DNA of 64,000 nt from Octopus sinensis. Lineage: Eukaryota. Both the position numbers and the translations under genes were made by a program. Below are positions 1-11,440 of this stretch, in pieces. The stretch lies in the NCBI RefSeq assembly GCF_006345805.1, contig NC_043002.1:83080001-83144000 (forward strand), written 5' to 3'. How positions within the stretch are numbered: position 1 is the stretch's first letter; every line of letters begins with the position of its first letter. The notes under the pieces were generated by a model, which had not been told where the DNA came from, ran no database searches, and worked only from the letters and a program-made list of their open reading frames with translations.

Positions 1-227
1 TATGTGACGGGGACGTAAACACACCACCATCAGTTGTCAAGCGATGTTGGTGGGACAAACACAGACACACAAACACATACATATACATACGGGCTTCTTT
101 CAGTTTCCGTCTACCAGATCCACTCGCAAGGCTTTGGTCGGCCCGAGGCTATAGTAGAAGACACTTGCCCAAGTTGCCACGCAGTGAGACTGAACCCGAA
201 ACCAAGTGGTTGGTAAGCAAGCTACTT
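1..227 (-). mobile_element. tRNA-derived SINE family A (octopus OR-like), truncated in its head by the adjacent Tx1 LINE 3' end
   Basis: Reverse complement reads AAGTAGCTTGCTTACCAACCAC...GGGTTCAGTC...TTGGGCAAGTGTCTTCTACTATAGCC...GACGGAAACTGAAAGAAGCCCGT, as in about 14 other copies in the window. The first ~20 nt of the head are missing. Confidence 0.9.
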
Positions 228-3200
228 TATTTCATAAGTATTTGCCATAAAGGCATTACAAAGAGGGGACGAACAAGAATAGACAAACATAAAAGGGTGA
301 AGTAGCCGTAGCGATTAAATATTTACAATTTAAATTATATAATGATTTAATAAACATGTTTATAACTTTTGACTTAAGCGTTGCTCATTACAAATGAAAT
401 TTGTAATGGCTTCTCTGAAGGATAAGCATCCGACCACCAGGGTAGACCCCTTGCTTTTTCTTTCCTGGTTTGGGCTTTCAATTACCTGGTGCCAAACACT
501 CCCAGCTTCCTCGCCACAGGCTTCAATCTTCTCATGAATCTGTCTCGTGACAGGTACCTTTTCTCTCCAGCCTGATCTTATTACTGAGGTAGTAACTAAA
601 AAAGTTAACCCGCCCCTGGCCGGATACAAAGGTACCCGACAATATGCCTCTCACACGCGTTTTCCATACTGTTTCTTTCAGTATGGCTATTACGCAGAAA
701 AAACAAGCCTTCTTTTCCCTGTTAAGGGCAGGAGGCGGCACAATCTCGATGATAGCATCGGTTATCACCTACCGTCTGACTGTGGTGCCTTGCTAGTTGC
801 CCTTCCATTCTGGCCTTATCTAGTCTTAGCTGACGGCTAAACCTAAAAGACTCAAAACGAATGGCTCTCTTCAGGGCGAACCACCATCGGTTATTAACCA
901 CCGCGCCGGTTAACGCCCTCTGTACTAATTCCTCAATCCTGCTACGGTATGCCTCGCAAGTCAAAATAGACTTGTTCAGTTCCAGTAGCCGGATCCTCTC
1001 TTAACTGTACTATCTATGTCCAGTCTACACTTAACCATTCTATGGTCAGTGTATGCTACTTGGACAAGCTGTGGACAGCTAAAACTAAACTTATCTCCAG
1101 TTCTTATCACTATCCTATCTAAATAGGACTTGAACCTTCCGTCGCCACTCATCCAGGTCCACCCTAGGACTTTCGGATGGTCAAGTCTGTAACGATCTGC
1201 CAGCTGAAACCGCTTGAGTAGATCCACGAGACGTGAGTTTACTTTTCTATAGATCGAGCCAACACCATCGATGCGCGTTATAGTCACTATAACATAGCGT
1301 TATAGTCACCTAACACCATTAATATCTTCGACGTCACGAGAAAGTTCTTTAGGCACCGATAAAAATCAGTTTGAAATCAATCCTCTAGCACAAGGTGCAT
1401 AGATCCCAATCAACCTGAAGTCCTTACTGCTGTATGTCACATCAAGGACGACCAGCCCACCTTCTGGGTCTACATAGACTGTACTTGTCTGCAGAGCCAA
1501 GCCTTTTCGAACCAGTACTACTACACCCCCTCGCCCTCCGGTCCGGCTAGGAGACATGATTTTCTCATAGTCATTCGGAGGGGCGAGAAGGCTTGTAGAC
1601 TGTCCAGCTTGGTCTCTGTAGCAACCATCACATGCATATCATGTGATCTGAGGTCGTCGAAGAAACAAGCTTGCTTCCACTTCGAGCTCAGACCACGCAC
1701 ATTCAAACACCCAAGGTTAAGTGCAGTCATTTAAAACAAAAGAAAAGCAAGGGTTCTACTTACTCTTTCACTTTTTTCTTTTATTGGTGATGCTGGGGCT
1801 GACCTCACCACACGTGAGGCAGTCCTTTCCTCCTGCTCCTTCAAAAACACCATCAAATACCGCGGAAGGTCCGGGATGTTCGTGATGGTCCTCGGATGCC
1901 TACCCTTCGTTTCATTATGCAGTTTTTCTGATATCCAAGCACATCTCTCTTCCGTGTCTTCGGGCTGCTGCAACAGCTCCACGGTGTGGTGCTTTTTTAA
2001 AATATCCATAATATATTTATCCCTGGTATCAAACTTTAACAGGGTTTTTGTTCCGTTTTTGTTTTTTTATTTTCTCTTTTGGGACAGTGGAGCGGGATCC
2101 TTTTTTTCTCTGTGGTGTGCTGTTTTTCTTCTTTTTCTTTGTGGGGGGATATGGGTGGGGAAGGTGCATGTATTCTCTTTTTTCTGGGCGTCTTGAACTT
2201 CCCCTCGGTCACCTCCATGGTGTCTTCCAGAGGAGTTGTTACTTCAGAGGGGTGGGTGCATTTGTTTCTGTCGGGACCGGCGTGTGCATGGCCTGGGGTT
2301 TTGGGGTGTTTTGTTTGGGAGCGGGTGCCACAGATGGTGGGGTGGGAGTATTTGTTTCTGAGGGGGCTAATTTGTGTGCGGGTTTGGGGTAATTTTCTGT
2401 AGTTGAAGGGCCTGATGTCTACGCACTTAGTTTCTTTTTTTCCATATTCCACAGTCTACACGAACGTGGCCTTTTTTGCCACATCCGAAACAAGTGGGCT
2501 TTTTGCCCTTTACTTGAATATTGAGGGCAATATCTTCCCCCAAGAGCACTCTTTCTGGCAACATTTCAATGTCTTGTTGCGTTCCTTGAATAATCGCAGA
2601 GATGCTCTGCCTTGCCAATTTTGTGGGGCAGTGCATGTAATTTGGAGGAAGGTGATTTTGTCCGTCTTGTTATACAACAGGGCGACCATCACCTCCCTTG
2701 CCTCAGTTTCTGGTGGTACGTCGTTTATTCGGACGCGTGCTGTTCTCCTTCCCATGTATGTTGGGAGCAGCACCACCTCCTTCGTTTTTAGAGGACTCAC
2801 TGAGTGCTCTTGGGCTTTTTCGTCCGTCTCGAATCTGGCCTCTATTGTTCCATATGCCCGGCCCTTCGCTATGTATTTTATATCTTTCCATATAGCGGCC
2901 AGGCATTTTTCTATTTCGCACTTTTCGAAGTGCTTGAATTTCTTCGATGAAGGACAGTAGGTTTTGTAAACGAGTGTCCTTCTCTTCAAAATTTCAGCAC
3001 TAGGGGAGGGTGAGATCTTTATATCCCCACCCTCTTTCATTCTCTCAAAATGCTCGGAGAGCTTCTCCGTTTCAATTATAATAATCTTTGAAGACACAGC
3101 GGCTACTGCCGCGAACTTTTTTGCTGGCTCATGCAGCTGGTTCTTTTCTTGGATTATTTCGACCGACATATTCGTTCGAAATAAATGAAATACAATTTAA

Positions 3201-3720
3201 TCCCAGAAAAAGGGAGACCTATAAGTTTTTACTTTTTTTTCCCTCTTACCGAGGACAACTGTTGGTGGTGGTGGGGAGACGTAGCAATAAAGCCTGCAAC
3301 GTTCGAAATTATTTTTTTTTTCACACAATAATAAAATATAGAATCCCCAAAAAAACGGGAAACCTATAATATTTTTTTTTCCCTCACAACGAGGACAATA
3401 GTTCAAATCTCGCCCACGCTAGTGGCGGATTCCACAATAGAGCCTACAACGGCTAAAATTAAAATTTTCTAGCAATAATAAATTGCTTATGCCAAAAAAC
3501 GGGAAACCTATAATATTTTTTTCCTCTTAATGAGAAAAATAGTTCAAATGCCTCCCCCGCTGGGGGGGGGGGACGACAATAAAGCCTATAACGGCTTTAA
3601 TAAGTTCAATATTAATAATATTAATAAGTTCAATATTTCAACAATTACATTCTCCGTCACCGGGAAAAAGCACAAAAATTTTCGAAAATATTCAACAATA
3701 GACAACAATTTCAATAGAAA
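228..3720 (-). mobile_element. Tx1/L1-clade non-LTR retrotransposon, degenerate, RT domain deleted
   Basis: ORF1 fragments (3169-1731) with CCHC knuckle CFGCGKKGHVRVDC. APE motifs LGCLNVRGL, VATET, IGIYAP, WTW..SYLDRIV, TDHRMV (1730-976). The linker (964-800) joins directly to the C-terminal region (768-532). Homologous throughout to the copy at 26152-31497. Confidence 0.9.
3200..3640 (-). repeat. Three diverged ~146-bp tandem monomers upstream of Tx1 ORF1 (putative 5' UTR)
   Basis: AAAA(A)(C)GGGA(A/G)ACCTATAA...TTTTCC(C)TC...ACAATA(A/G)AGCCT motif blocks recur near 3204, 3352 and 3495. Confidence 0.7.
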
Positions 3721-4190
3721 AAATTGGTCTCTATGGTGATTTTCAATCCCATGGAGGCAAGCGTGCTTATTAGATTTTTTCTAAGCCTGTCTAGTGTATG
3801 CCCGTTTGCCTCGCTACAGATGGTCAAGGAGACATTTCTGTAGAGGCCAAATAGGACAGAGGGGAACTTTTTCCTAAAGGTATCGAGGATGTACAACCCA
3901 ATGAGGTCGCATACGTCAGCATTATCGAAGGTTCCCATCGCTACGTAAAAGGAGCCCATGGGGTCGGATTGCGTGACCCATACCGATCCTATGTTGAATA
4001 CCATTGCCTTTCTGGCATGCACAATGACTTCTATATCTCTGTCGCTAATGTTAGTTAAGCCCCTCGCGAAAGAAAGCTCCTTGGCCAGTAGTCCTTTTCA
4101 TATAGATGGTTAAAAGTCGGCTATACCAAACTGGGTGAACCTTGCTCTGCCTCTTCCCTTGTTAGTGTTAAATCATGCGATCAGTTCCAT
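3720..4190 (-). pseudogene. Penelope-like element reverse transcriptase fragment
   Basis: Translation gives FTQFGIADF*PSI and FYVAMGTFDNADVCDLIGLYIL...GLYR...LKITIE, matching PLE RT motifs. Confidence 0.8.
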
Positions 4191-4449
4191 ATAAGCATAT
4201 ATATATATACACACACACACATACACGCACAGTTACACAAAAATACACATTTCATATACGTGAAGAGGTTTTCGCTTCGAAGAATTCCATTTAGGTGTTC
4301 TTTTCACAACGTTACCGACCAAGACTGTATTTTTACCTCCGTTAGAGAAAGGTTTGTTTTTTTTTACCTCCGGCCAACAGTTCGCCTATATTGACAAGAG
4401 CAATAATAGACTTGAAGCCAATGGTATAACCAACGACTACATAAATAAA

Positions 4450-4870
4450 TAGATAGATATATGTATATAACAGTTTTTTTCTGTTTTGTTCTCACTGTCC
4501 TGTTCTTGTTACCACTTTCACCCTCCGCCCAAAATCCCAAATTTATTCAATTTGTTTTGCGAGAAGGACTGTTTCAATGAAGTCGCGTCTTGTCCTTGCC
4601 TTCGGAACGCTGAGTAGATGAAACAGGGACAACTGATGAAGGGGAATATTCTTTATGTTGTATGTCTCATTTCTCTGTTTGTTTTTTTAGTTGTTCGAAA
4701 AAAGGTTCGTCTCTATGCTTTAGTTTTTATGTTTTCGTTTCTCATTGTGTTCAACGTATTTTGATGTCCTGTACCCATATGTGCATGTATATATACATAT
4801 ATATGTAGGGATGTACATATGGGTATGTATATCTGCATATATTTATATTATTATATGATCGAACGCCACG
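4450..4870 (+). mobile_element. Non-autonomous repeat (family H1) carrying a permuted hammerhead-like motif
   Basis: Homologous to 22790-23110 and 50590-50970 (both minus): CTGATGAAGGGGAATATTC...GTTTTCGTTTC...TCCTGTAC..ATATG.ATGTATATATACAT. Confidence 0.7.
4585..4644 (+). ncRNA. Candidate non-circularly permuted hammerhead ribozyme, family H1 copy 1 (core GGAA instead of GAAA)
   Basis: GCGT-C-TTGTCCTT-g-CCTTC-GGAA-CGC...AGGGACAA-CTGATGA-AGGGG. Stem I (8 bp), stem II and stem III can all pair. Confidence 0.6.
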
Positions 4871-4890
4871 CATCCTTTTCCAAGTAAGTT

Positions 4891-4957
<67 letters not shown>

Positions 4958-4958
4958 C

Positions 4959-4991
<33 letters not shown>

Positions 4992-5013
4992 AATCTATCT
5001 ATCTATCTATCTA

Positions 5014-5120
<107 letters not shown>

Positions 5121-5877
5121 CGGGCGTTTTGTTATTGTCGTCTATTAAATTCACTGACGTGTCAGTGACCGGGGGCTGCAGTGGTAGACAACTTCGAATA
5201 CTAAATTTTCGTAAATATTCCTTCTTTCTTTTCTTTTCTTTTCTTTTTCTTTTTCCTTTTTCTGAAAAACAACATTTTGTTATTCATTGTTTTGTGTCAA
5301 AATATTTTCGGAAGAATGTGTTGATGGCGGAGTAGACGTATTCTGATTTTAAAATTGTTTTGTCCAAGTGTAAACTTAATAGATAATAGAGCTAATAAAT
5401 ATAAAGTAAATGTAATAAAATTGGTTTAATTAAATAACATTTATTTATTTTCTGCCGCCTTGTTTAGGGCGTTTTGTCTTTACATTTGCACACAATCAAA
5501 TATAAATCCGAAGATTATTCAATGGTGGTGCTGATATTGCGTGCGCATGCGCGCATACACATACACACACACATATATGAACACACATATGTGCGTACAC
5601 AAACACACAACACACATATATAAATTGTGTGAATGTATACACATACACACACAAACACAAGCAAACACATATATATGCAAACACATAACTTATATACATA
5701 CACGCACTCGCATACTTATATATACAGCCACATATCTTGGTGTATGTATATAAATATACATACAGAGTCATCCCAAAAACGTATACACAATTTAACATCT
5801 GATAACTCAATTTTAATTTCTTTATCGATTTAACCCATTAGAAATAAAGGGAGTCAGACTAAACTTTGAATAAAGGA

Positions 5878-6025
5878 AATGTACCCTAAAGTGTTGGAAG
5901 AATTTTGAACAAAGTAAATGAACCCTAAAGTGTTAGTAGAATTTTGAACAAAGTAAATGAACCCTAAAGTGTTGGAAGAATTTTGAATAAAGTAAATGAA
6001 CCCTAAAGTGTTAGTAGAATTTTGA
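5878..6025. repeat. 39-bp minisatellite, ~3.8 copies, alternating A/B variants
   Basis: AAATG(A/T)ACCCTAAAGTGTT(GGA/AGT)AGAATTTTGAA(C/T)AAAGT repeated, with GGA and AGT alternating. Confidence 0.9.
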
Positions 6026-6077
6026 AAATGCGGTTGAAGTGTAAGGGCAGTTTAGGAGGGATATTACAAGAAGTTTG

Positions 6078-6550
6078 GGATCTTTCGGTTTGAACGGCAG
6101 TTTTTAACATAATTTCTAGGCAACTAAAAAATTTTAAACTTCGTATACTGGTAGAATGTGTTTATAAAACATCTTTTTCTCTTGGCTTTATTGAGAAAAT
6201 TCTATAGTTTGTAAGATATTTGTTGTTTTTTTTCTTCAATTTCTGCAATTTCAACCAATCAAATACGTCTATTGAGGTAAATAACATTCTGTGCCGTATG
6301 AATATGTCCCTCGTTTAAGAACCAAATTGCGTTTATTTACATTTGTGAAGAAAAAAAAGATACCCTTCCTCCACCCTAACCCTAACCCTAAAATAGATTG
6401 AAATGCAATAGATCGATACTAGGGTCATAATTATGGGTAACAATTTCATATAACACCGCTAGAAAAAACTGCTGTTCAAACCGAAAAGATCCAAAATCTC
6501 TTCTGGATTAAACTAAGTTAAGTTGAAGAACATGCATACCTAAATCTTTT
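6078..6550. mobile_element. Non-autonomous DNA element with ~28-bp inverted repeats, internal (CCCTAA)n and a one-sided 58-bp extension
   Basis: GGATCTTTCGGTTTGAACGGCAGTTTTT ... AAAAAACTGCTGTTCAAACCGAAAAGATCC. A second copy lies at 20651-21141. Confidence 0.85.
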
Positions 6551-6629
6551 GTTTGAAAATGCAGTCGAAATGCAAAGACAGTTAGGAAGGAGATTCAAAG
6601 AGATCCACCTAAGCCACTTATCTTTAATC

Positions 6630-6966
6630 TAATGACGGAATTCTGGGTTAAGCACTCCATATAACCCCTCATAACTTCTTTAATTTTTGGAATTCTCAGA
6701 AGATTTTTGCGAATTTGCTTTCTACATGCGGGAATTCGGGCGATTAAAATAATTTTTTTTTGTATTCTACTTGTTTCAGTCATTAGACTGCGGCCAAAGA
6801 ATTTTTTGTCGTATGAATCGACCATAGTACTTAAATGTTTTTACTAAACTCAGTACTTATTCTATTTGTCTCCTTTGCCGAACCGCTAAATTACGTGGAC
6901 GTAAACATACCAACACTGGTTGTCAAGCGGTGGTGGGACGCGCGAGCGCAAACACACATATACATA

Positions 6967-7012
<46 letters not shown>

Positions 7013-7600
7013 TATATACATACACACACGACGGGCTTCTCCCAGTTTCCATCTCCCAAATCCACTTTGCTCGGCCCGAGGCCATAGTAGAAGATACTTG
7101 TCCAAGGTATCATGCAGTGGGACTGAAACCAGAACTATATAGTTGGGAAGCAAGCTTTTTACCACTCAGCCACGCCTGCGATTGTGCGAAAAAAAGAAAA
7201 TTTTTTTCCATGTGATTTAAGTGCGATTTAGCTATTACTTTTAGCACACCTCACGACTATCTGATAACTTTCTCGTTTCTTTATCACTCTGATGTGTATT
7301 GATGTTTTTCAATATTTTTCTCCCCATAAACACATTTGTGGGTTTAAGCAAAAAATTCTGCGTGTCCGTATTTTAAACTTTAATTTAAAAAAAATAATCG
7401 AAAAAGAGTGGAAATTTTAGGAATTCTGGAGGGTGAGCAAGGGATTTAGAAAATTAAAAAATGTTGTTTTTTTCCCCATCGTGTGAATTCTCGTGTGTAG
7501 AACGCAAATTCGCAAAACCTTTCTGAAAATTCGCCAAAATAAGAAAAAAGTTATGAAGGGGTCATATGGAGTGCTTAAACCAGAATTTCGTCACTCTAAA
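6630..7600. mobile_element. Old MITE with ~110-bp degenerate terminal inverted repeats, interrupted by a SINE
   Basis: 6632-6740 is the reverse complement (about 80% by eye) of 7485-7594 (TGACG.AATTCTGG.TTAAGCACTCCATAT.ACCCC...GCGAATTTGC.TTCTAC). Confidence 0.7.
6766..7180 (-). mobile_element. SINE family A
   Basis: Head, core, internal microsatellite and tail match the other copies. Confidence 0.85.
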
Positions 7601-8051
7601 GTAAGTTTGAAGCCTATGAAACTTCCGGAAGAATGCGGATATTGTTGAGCCCCACAAAACAAGAAAGGGCACTGCTATGTATTACAAGATTTTCAAACAA
7701 GTCATAAGATAGGAATTTCAAAATCAATCGCCCATCACATTTTGATGCGCTGTCACTGATTGAAAAATTACATTCCAAGAATAACTCATGCTGTCAATGA
7801 CGAAGATGACCGGGATTGAAGTTCACGGACTGTGAATCGTCCGACCTGGCAATTTAATTTGTTCACCCTCTGGTGATTCATGTGAACAATAACAGTTGAT
7901 GTCTTCCAAGCGGGCTTCTCCTTCTTTAAATTTCGTCATCTATCTTGTACACTTTGAGGGTGTCACTGGCGTCATTTCTATAAATAACATGTGAGAACCT
8001 GCAGCCCTCTCGTTCATCTGGCATTCAATGACGGCGCGTTGCTTGCCGGCA

Positions 8052-8104
8052 ATGATGAAGAAGAAGAAGAAGAAGAAGAAGAAGAAGAAGAAGAAGAAGA
8101 AGAA

Positions 8105-8143
<39 letters not shown>

Positions 8144-8160
8144 CATGATCATGATAATGA
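8052..8160. repeat. Compound (GAA)n(GAT)n microsatellite
   Basis: Direct reading. Confidence 0.95.
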
Positions 8161-9195
8161 AAAAGAAGACGAAAAAGATGATGCCACCGCCGCCGACGAC
8201 AATGATGAAGAGGAAGAAGAAAATGGAAGCGGAGGGCGAAGAAGAGTTGAACGACCTATGCCAATAACAAAGTGATGCTCAATTTTGCATTACTTTCTGT
8301 ACAATGTATGTATGTATGTATGTATGTATATATGTATGTATGTATGTGCAAATTTGTATGTTTTATGTATGTATTCTCATGCATATAGTTGCATATCTAG
8401 ACATGCTCATATATATTTAAATGATAAACTTCTGGAAAGTTTTACAGATTTTTACAGTTCCAGTGATGGACCGGATCTGTAGTCTTCGAATTTGCTTTCT
8501 CCTTTCTGGTTTTGAGAAGCCTAATTTCTCAAGATTTGTATTTAGTCAGTGTGTTACATATCTCAGGGCCCCAATCATTACAGGTATAAACCTGAACATG
8601 AAATCTATAGAATAACTATGCATGTATGTATGTATGTATGTATGTATGTATGTATGTATGTATGTATGTATGTATGTATGTATGTATGTATGTATGTATG
8701 CATGTATATGTGTGTGTGTATGTATGTATGTGAGAGTGTATATATGTACGTATGTGAGAGTGTATATGTAAACAGGTGATCGGAGAAATTATGTTTGGAA
8801 TATCTATTCCCCATTACACGTGTTTCATTTGGTAACAGGAGTTTTAAAATTGTACATGTAAGATAAACATGTAAGGCTTCTCCCGCTGGGAGATATCTTA
8901 CATGAATAGGAGACGTCTTACATGTTGTACCTACATGTACAATTTTATAACTCTTATTAGCAAATGAAACACACGTAATGGTAAATAAATAATGCCATTT
9001 TTTTTCTAATCTCTTGTTTTCATATATAATTATTCTGCAAAAAAGACAAAAACTATTTTCCGTTTCTTTGAACACATGCGTGCGTAACTTACACAACTTT
9101 AACATCTACGAACAATTTTGGAATACTGGAATAAGCGGGTGTGCTTCACGAAGACACAGCTTGGATTGTAACCCTATGAACATATTACACACACA

Positions 9196-9237
<42 letters not shown>

Positions 9238-9239
<2 letters not shown>

Positions 9240-9538
9240 GCGTAGGCGTGGTTGTGTGATGAGAAACTTGCTTCTACTATAACCTTATGAGTGGATTTAG
9301 TTGACGGAAACTGAAAGAAGCCTGTCGAACACACACATATGTATATTTTTATGTGAGTGTCTTTGCGTTGGTGTTTGTCCCCCCACCATCGCTTGACAAC
9401 CAGTGTTGGTATATTTACGTATCCGTAACTTAAGGGTTCGGTAAAGGAGAACGATAGAATAAATACTTGGCTTACGAAGAATAAGTCCTGGGGTCGATTA
9501 CTTCAACTTAAAAAAGCCTTTAAAGCGGTGTTCCAGTA
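9238..9538 (+). mobile_element. SINE family A, internally deleted
   Basis: AGGCGTAGGCGTGGTTGTGTG head, GACGGAAACTGAAAGAAGCCTGTCG core and a degenerate tail. Confidence 0.75.
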
Positions 9539-9721
9539 ACAAATAATTCACGAAAAAATAATTTGCGAAGATACTATTGATTCTGTTATTATCTAGTGTA
9601 ACAATTTAAAAACGATAATAACAGAATCAATAATATGGGCATTTGCAGGCCCTAAAAAGCATTAAATAGCTGAAGGATTGAAATTTAATCAAAGGACATA
9701 TTAAGTATGTCTAATTATTGG

Positions 9722-9958
9722 AAATAACAGTCAGAACTTTTATCTAAATCACCAAAATACACAGATAATAACTACAGAAATCAACCGTCCGACGGCAAAC
9801 GGGCTAAGACAATGTCCCAATGTACATTTAAGTATTTAAATACTTAAATGCTTAAATGTACGTTGGGAGGCTGTCATAGTCTGTTTGCCGTCGGACGGTT
9901 GATTTCTGTAGTTATCAGTGTATTTCGGTGATTTAAATAAGAGTTTTGACTGTTATTT
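9722..9958. mobile_element. ~237-bp fold-back (palindromic MITE)
   Basis: Arms of ~110 bp (AAATAACAGTCA...CAACCGTCCGACGGCAAAC...TACATTTAAG and its reverse complement) around a perfect palindromic centre CATTTAAGTATTTAAATACTTAAATG. Confidence 0.85.
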
Positions 9959-10150
9959 CCTGCAGGTAGACATACTTAGTATGTCCTTTGATTAATTTTA
10001 ATCCTTCAGCTATATATATATATATCGTTCATTTCAGAAGAGAGTGTTCCTGGATTCGTTCATGCAGCGCAGCACTTTGCGGTAGTGTCTTCTACTATAG
10101 TCTATGGTTGATATTCGGTTCACGAAAATTGTGCAGAAGCCCGTCATATA

Positions 10151-10186
<36 letters not shown>

Positions 10187-10755
10187 TGTATGTATGTATG
10201 TATGTATGTATGTATGTATGTATGTATGTATGTGTGTGTATGTTTATGTGTGTGTATATTTGTGTGCATATATGCACATACATGCACATATAAAGACTGA
10301 TGACACGTCCGTGAGGTTAAAGCTTTTGTGAATATGAAACCATTGGTTACTCTATGAACGGATATTAACTTTATTACTTTAATATACTTTAGAGTGTGCT
10401 TCTTTTTAAAATATATGATTCATTGACGATATTCAGGGCGTGGAAGAAGCCAAACTTGCAAAAGTGTTGTAACATTTGAAACTCTAATTGCGCTTCAATA
10501 GGTTTCGTAATTCAAAAATAGGTTAATAACGTTCACATCATTACAAAACGAATAGTTTATTCTGTGTGGTTTTCATTGTTTGCAATTATAGCCTCCGTAC
10601 GATCCCAGAACCCCGCAAAACTCTTCACCACGAAGTCACTGGACATCATCATCCACTTCTCATTGATGGCTGCCTTAAGAGAGTTGATGTTGGGTAGGAG
10701 GTTTTGTTGGTGGCATGCTCCAAAATACCCCACATGGTCTAGTCCACGGGCATAT

Positions 10756-10826
10756 GGCGTAGTGGCGTAGTGGTTAAGAGCGCGGGCTACTAACACCAAG
10801 ATTCCGAGTTCAATTCCAGGCAGTGA

Positions 10827-10870
<44 letters not shown>

Positions 10871-11050
10871 TAATAATAATAATAATAATAAAAACATCGA
10901 AAAATACCTTAGGAATGAGAATCCAGGTTCGAAATTTCCCCAAGACACCTGATGAAAGCTGGACGGTATATCAGCCTAAACAAACAAGATGAGGACAAAT
11001 ATCCGTCAAATGTAAATAATGTACATAATTCCTCATCTCTTAAATATAGA
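10756..11050 (+). mobile_element. tRNA-headed SINE-like element with (AAT)n tract and a degenerate hammerhead-like tail
   Basis: A-box TGGCGTAGTGGTTA, B-box GAGTTCAATTCC, (AAT)n, then GACAC-CTGATGA-AAGCTG...CAGCC-TAAA. Confidence 0.65.
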
Positions 11051-11280
11051 AGTGTATTCTTTGTTCTGCATTAGGTTTCATATGATTTGGTATAGTAGTT
11101 GCTGTGAAATAGTGTCACTTTTAGTGCAAGTTTTGCTTCCCCACCCTAAATATATAATATAGATATATGTGAAGTATATTTGCCACTTTTAAGTGACAAA
11201 TATCTTCACATTGTCGTGCAGCTACTGTTTATACCTCGTTCCTATATATATATATATATATATAATATATTAATATATTA

Positions 11281-11321
<41 letters not shown>

Positions 11322-11440
11322 TTATTTATTAGGGAATAAAAATTCCGGCATCACAGGGGTTCAAATCATTGAATTATCCTCAATGAGGAAATATATAATA
11401 TATATATATATATAATTATATATATATATATATATATATA

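Noticed and set aside
6372-6391. Interstitial telomere or chromosome-fusion scar
   Set aside because: Only 2-5 CCCTAA units, embedded in a dispersed element present twice.
7991-8275. ORF with poly-Glu/poly-Asp
   Set aside because: It is generated by a (GAA)n(GAT)n microsatellite, with no splice or homology support.
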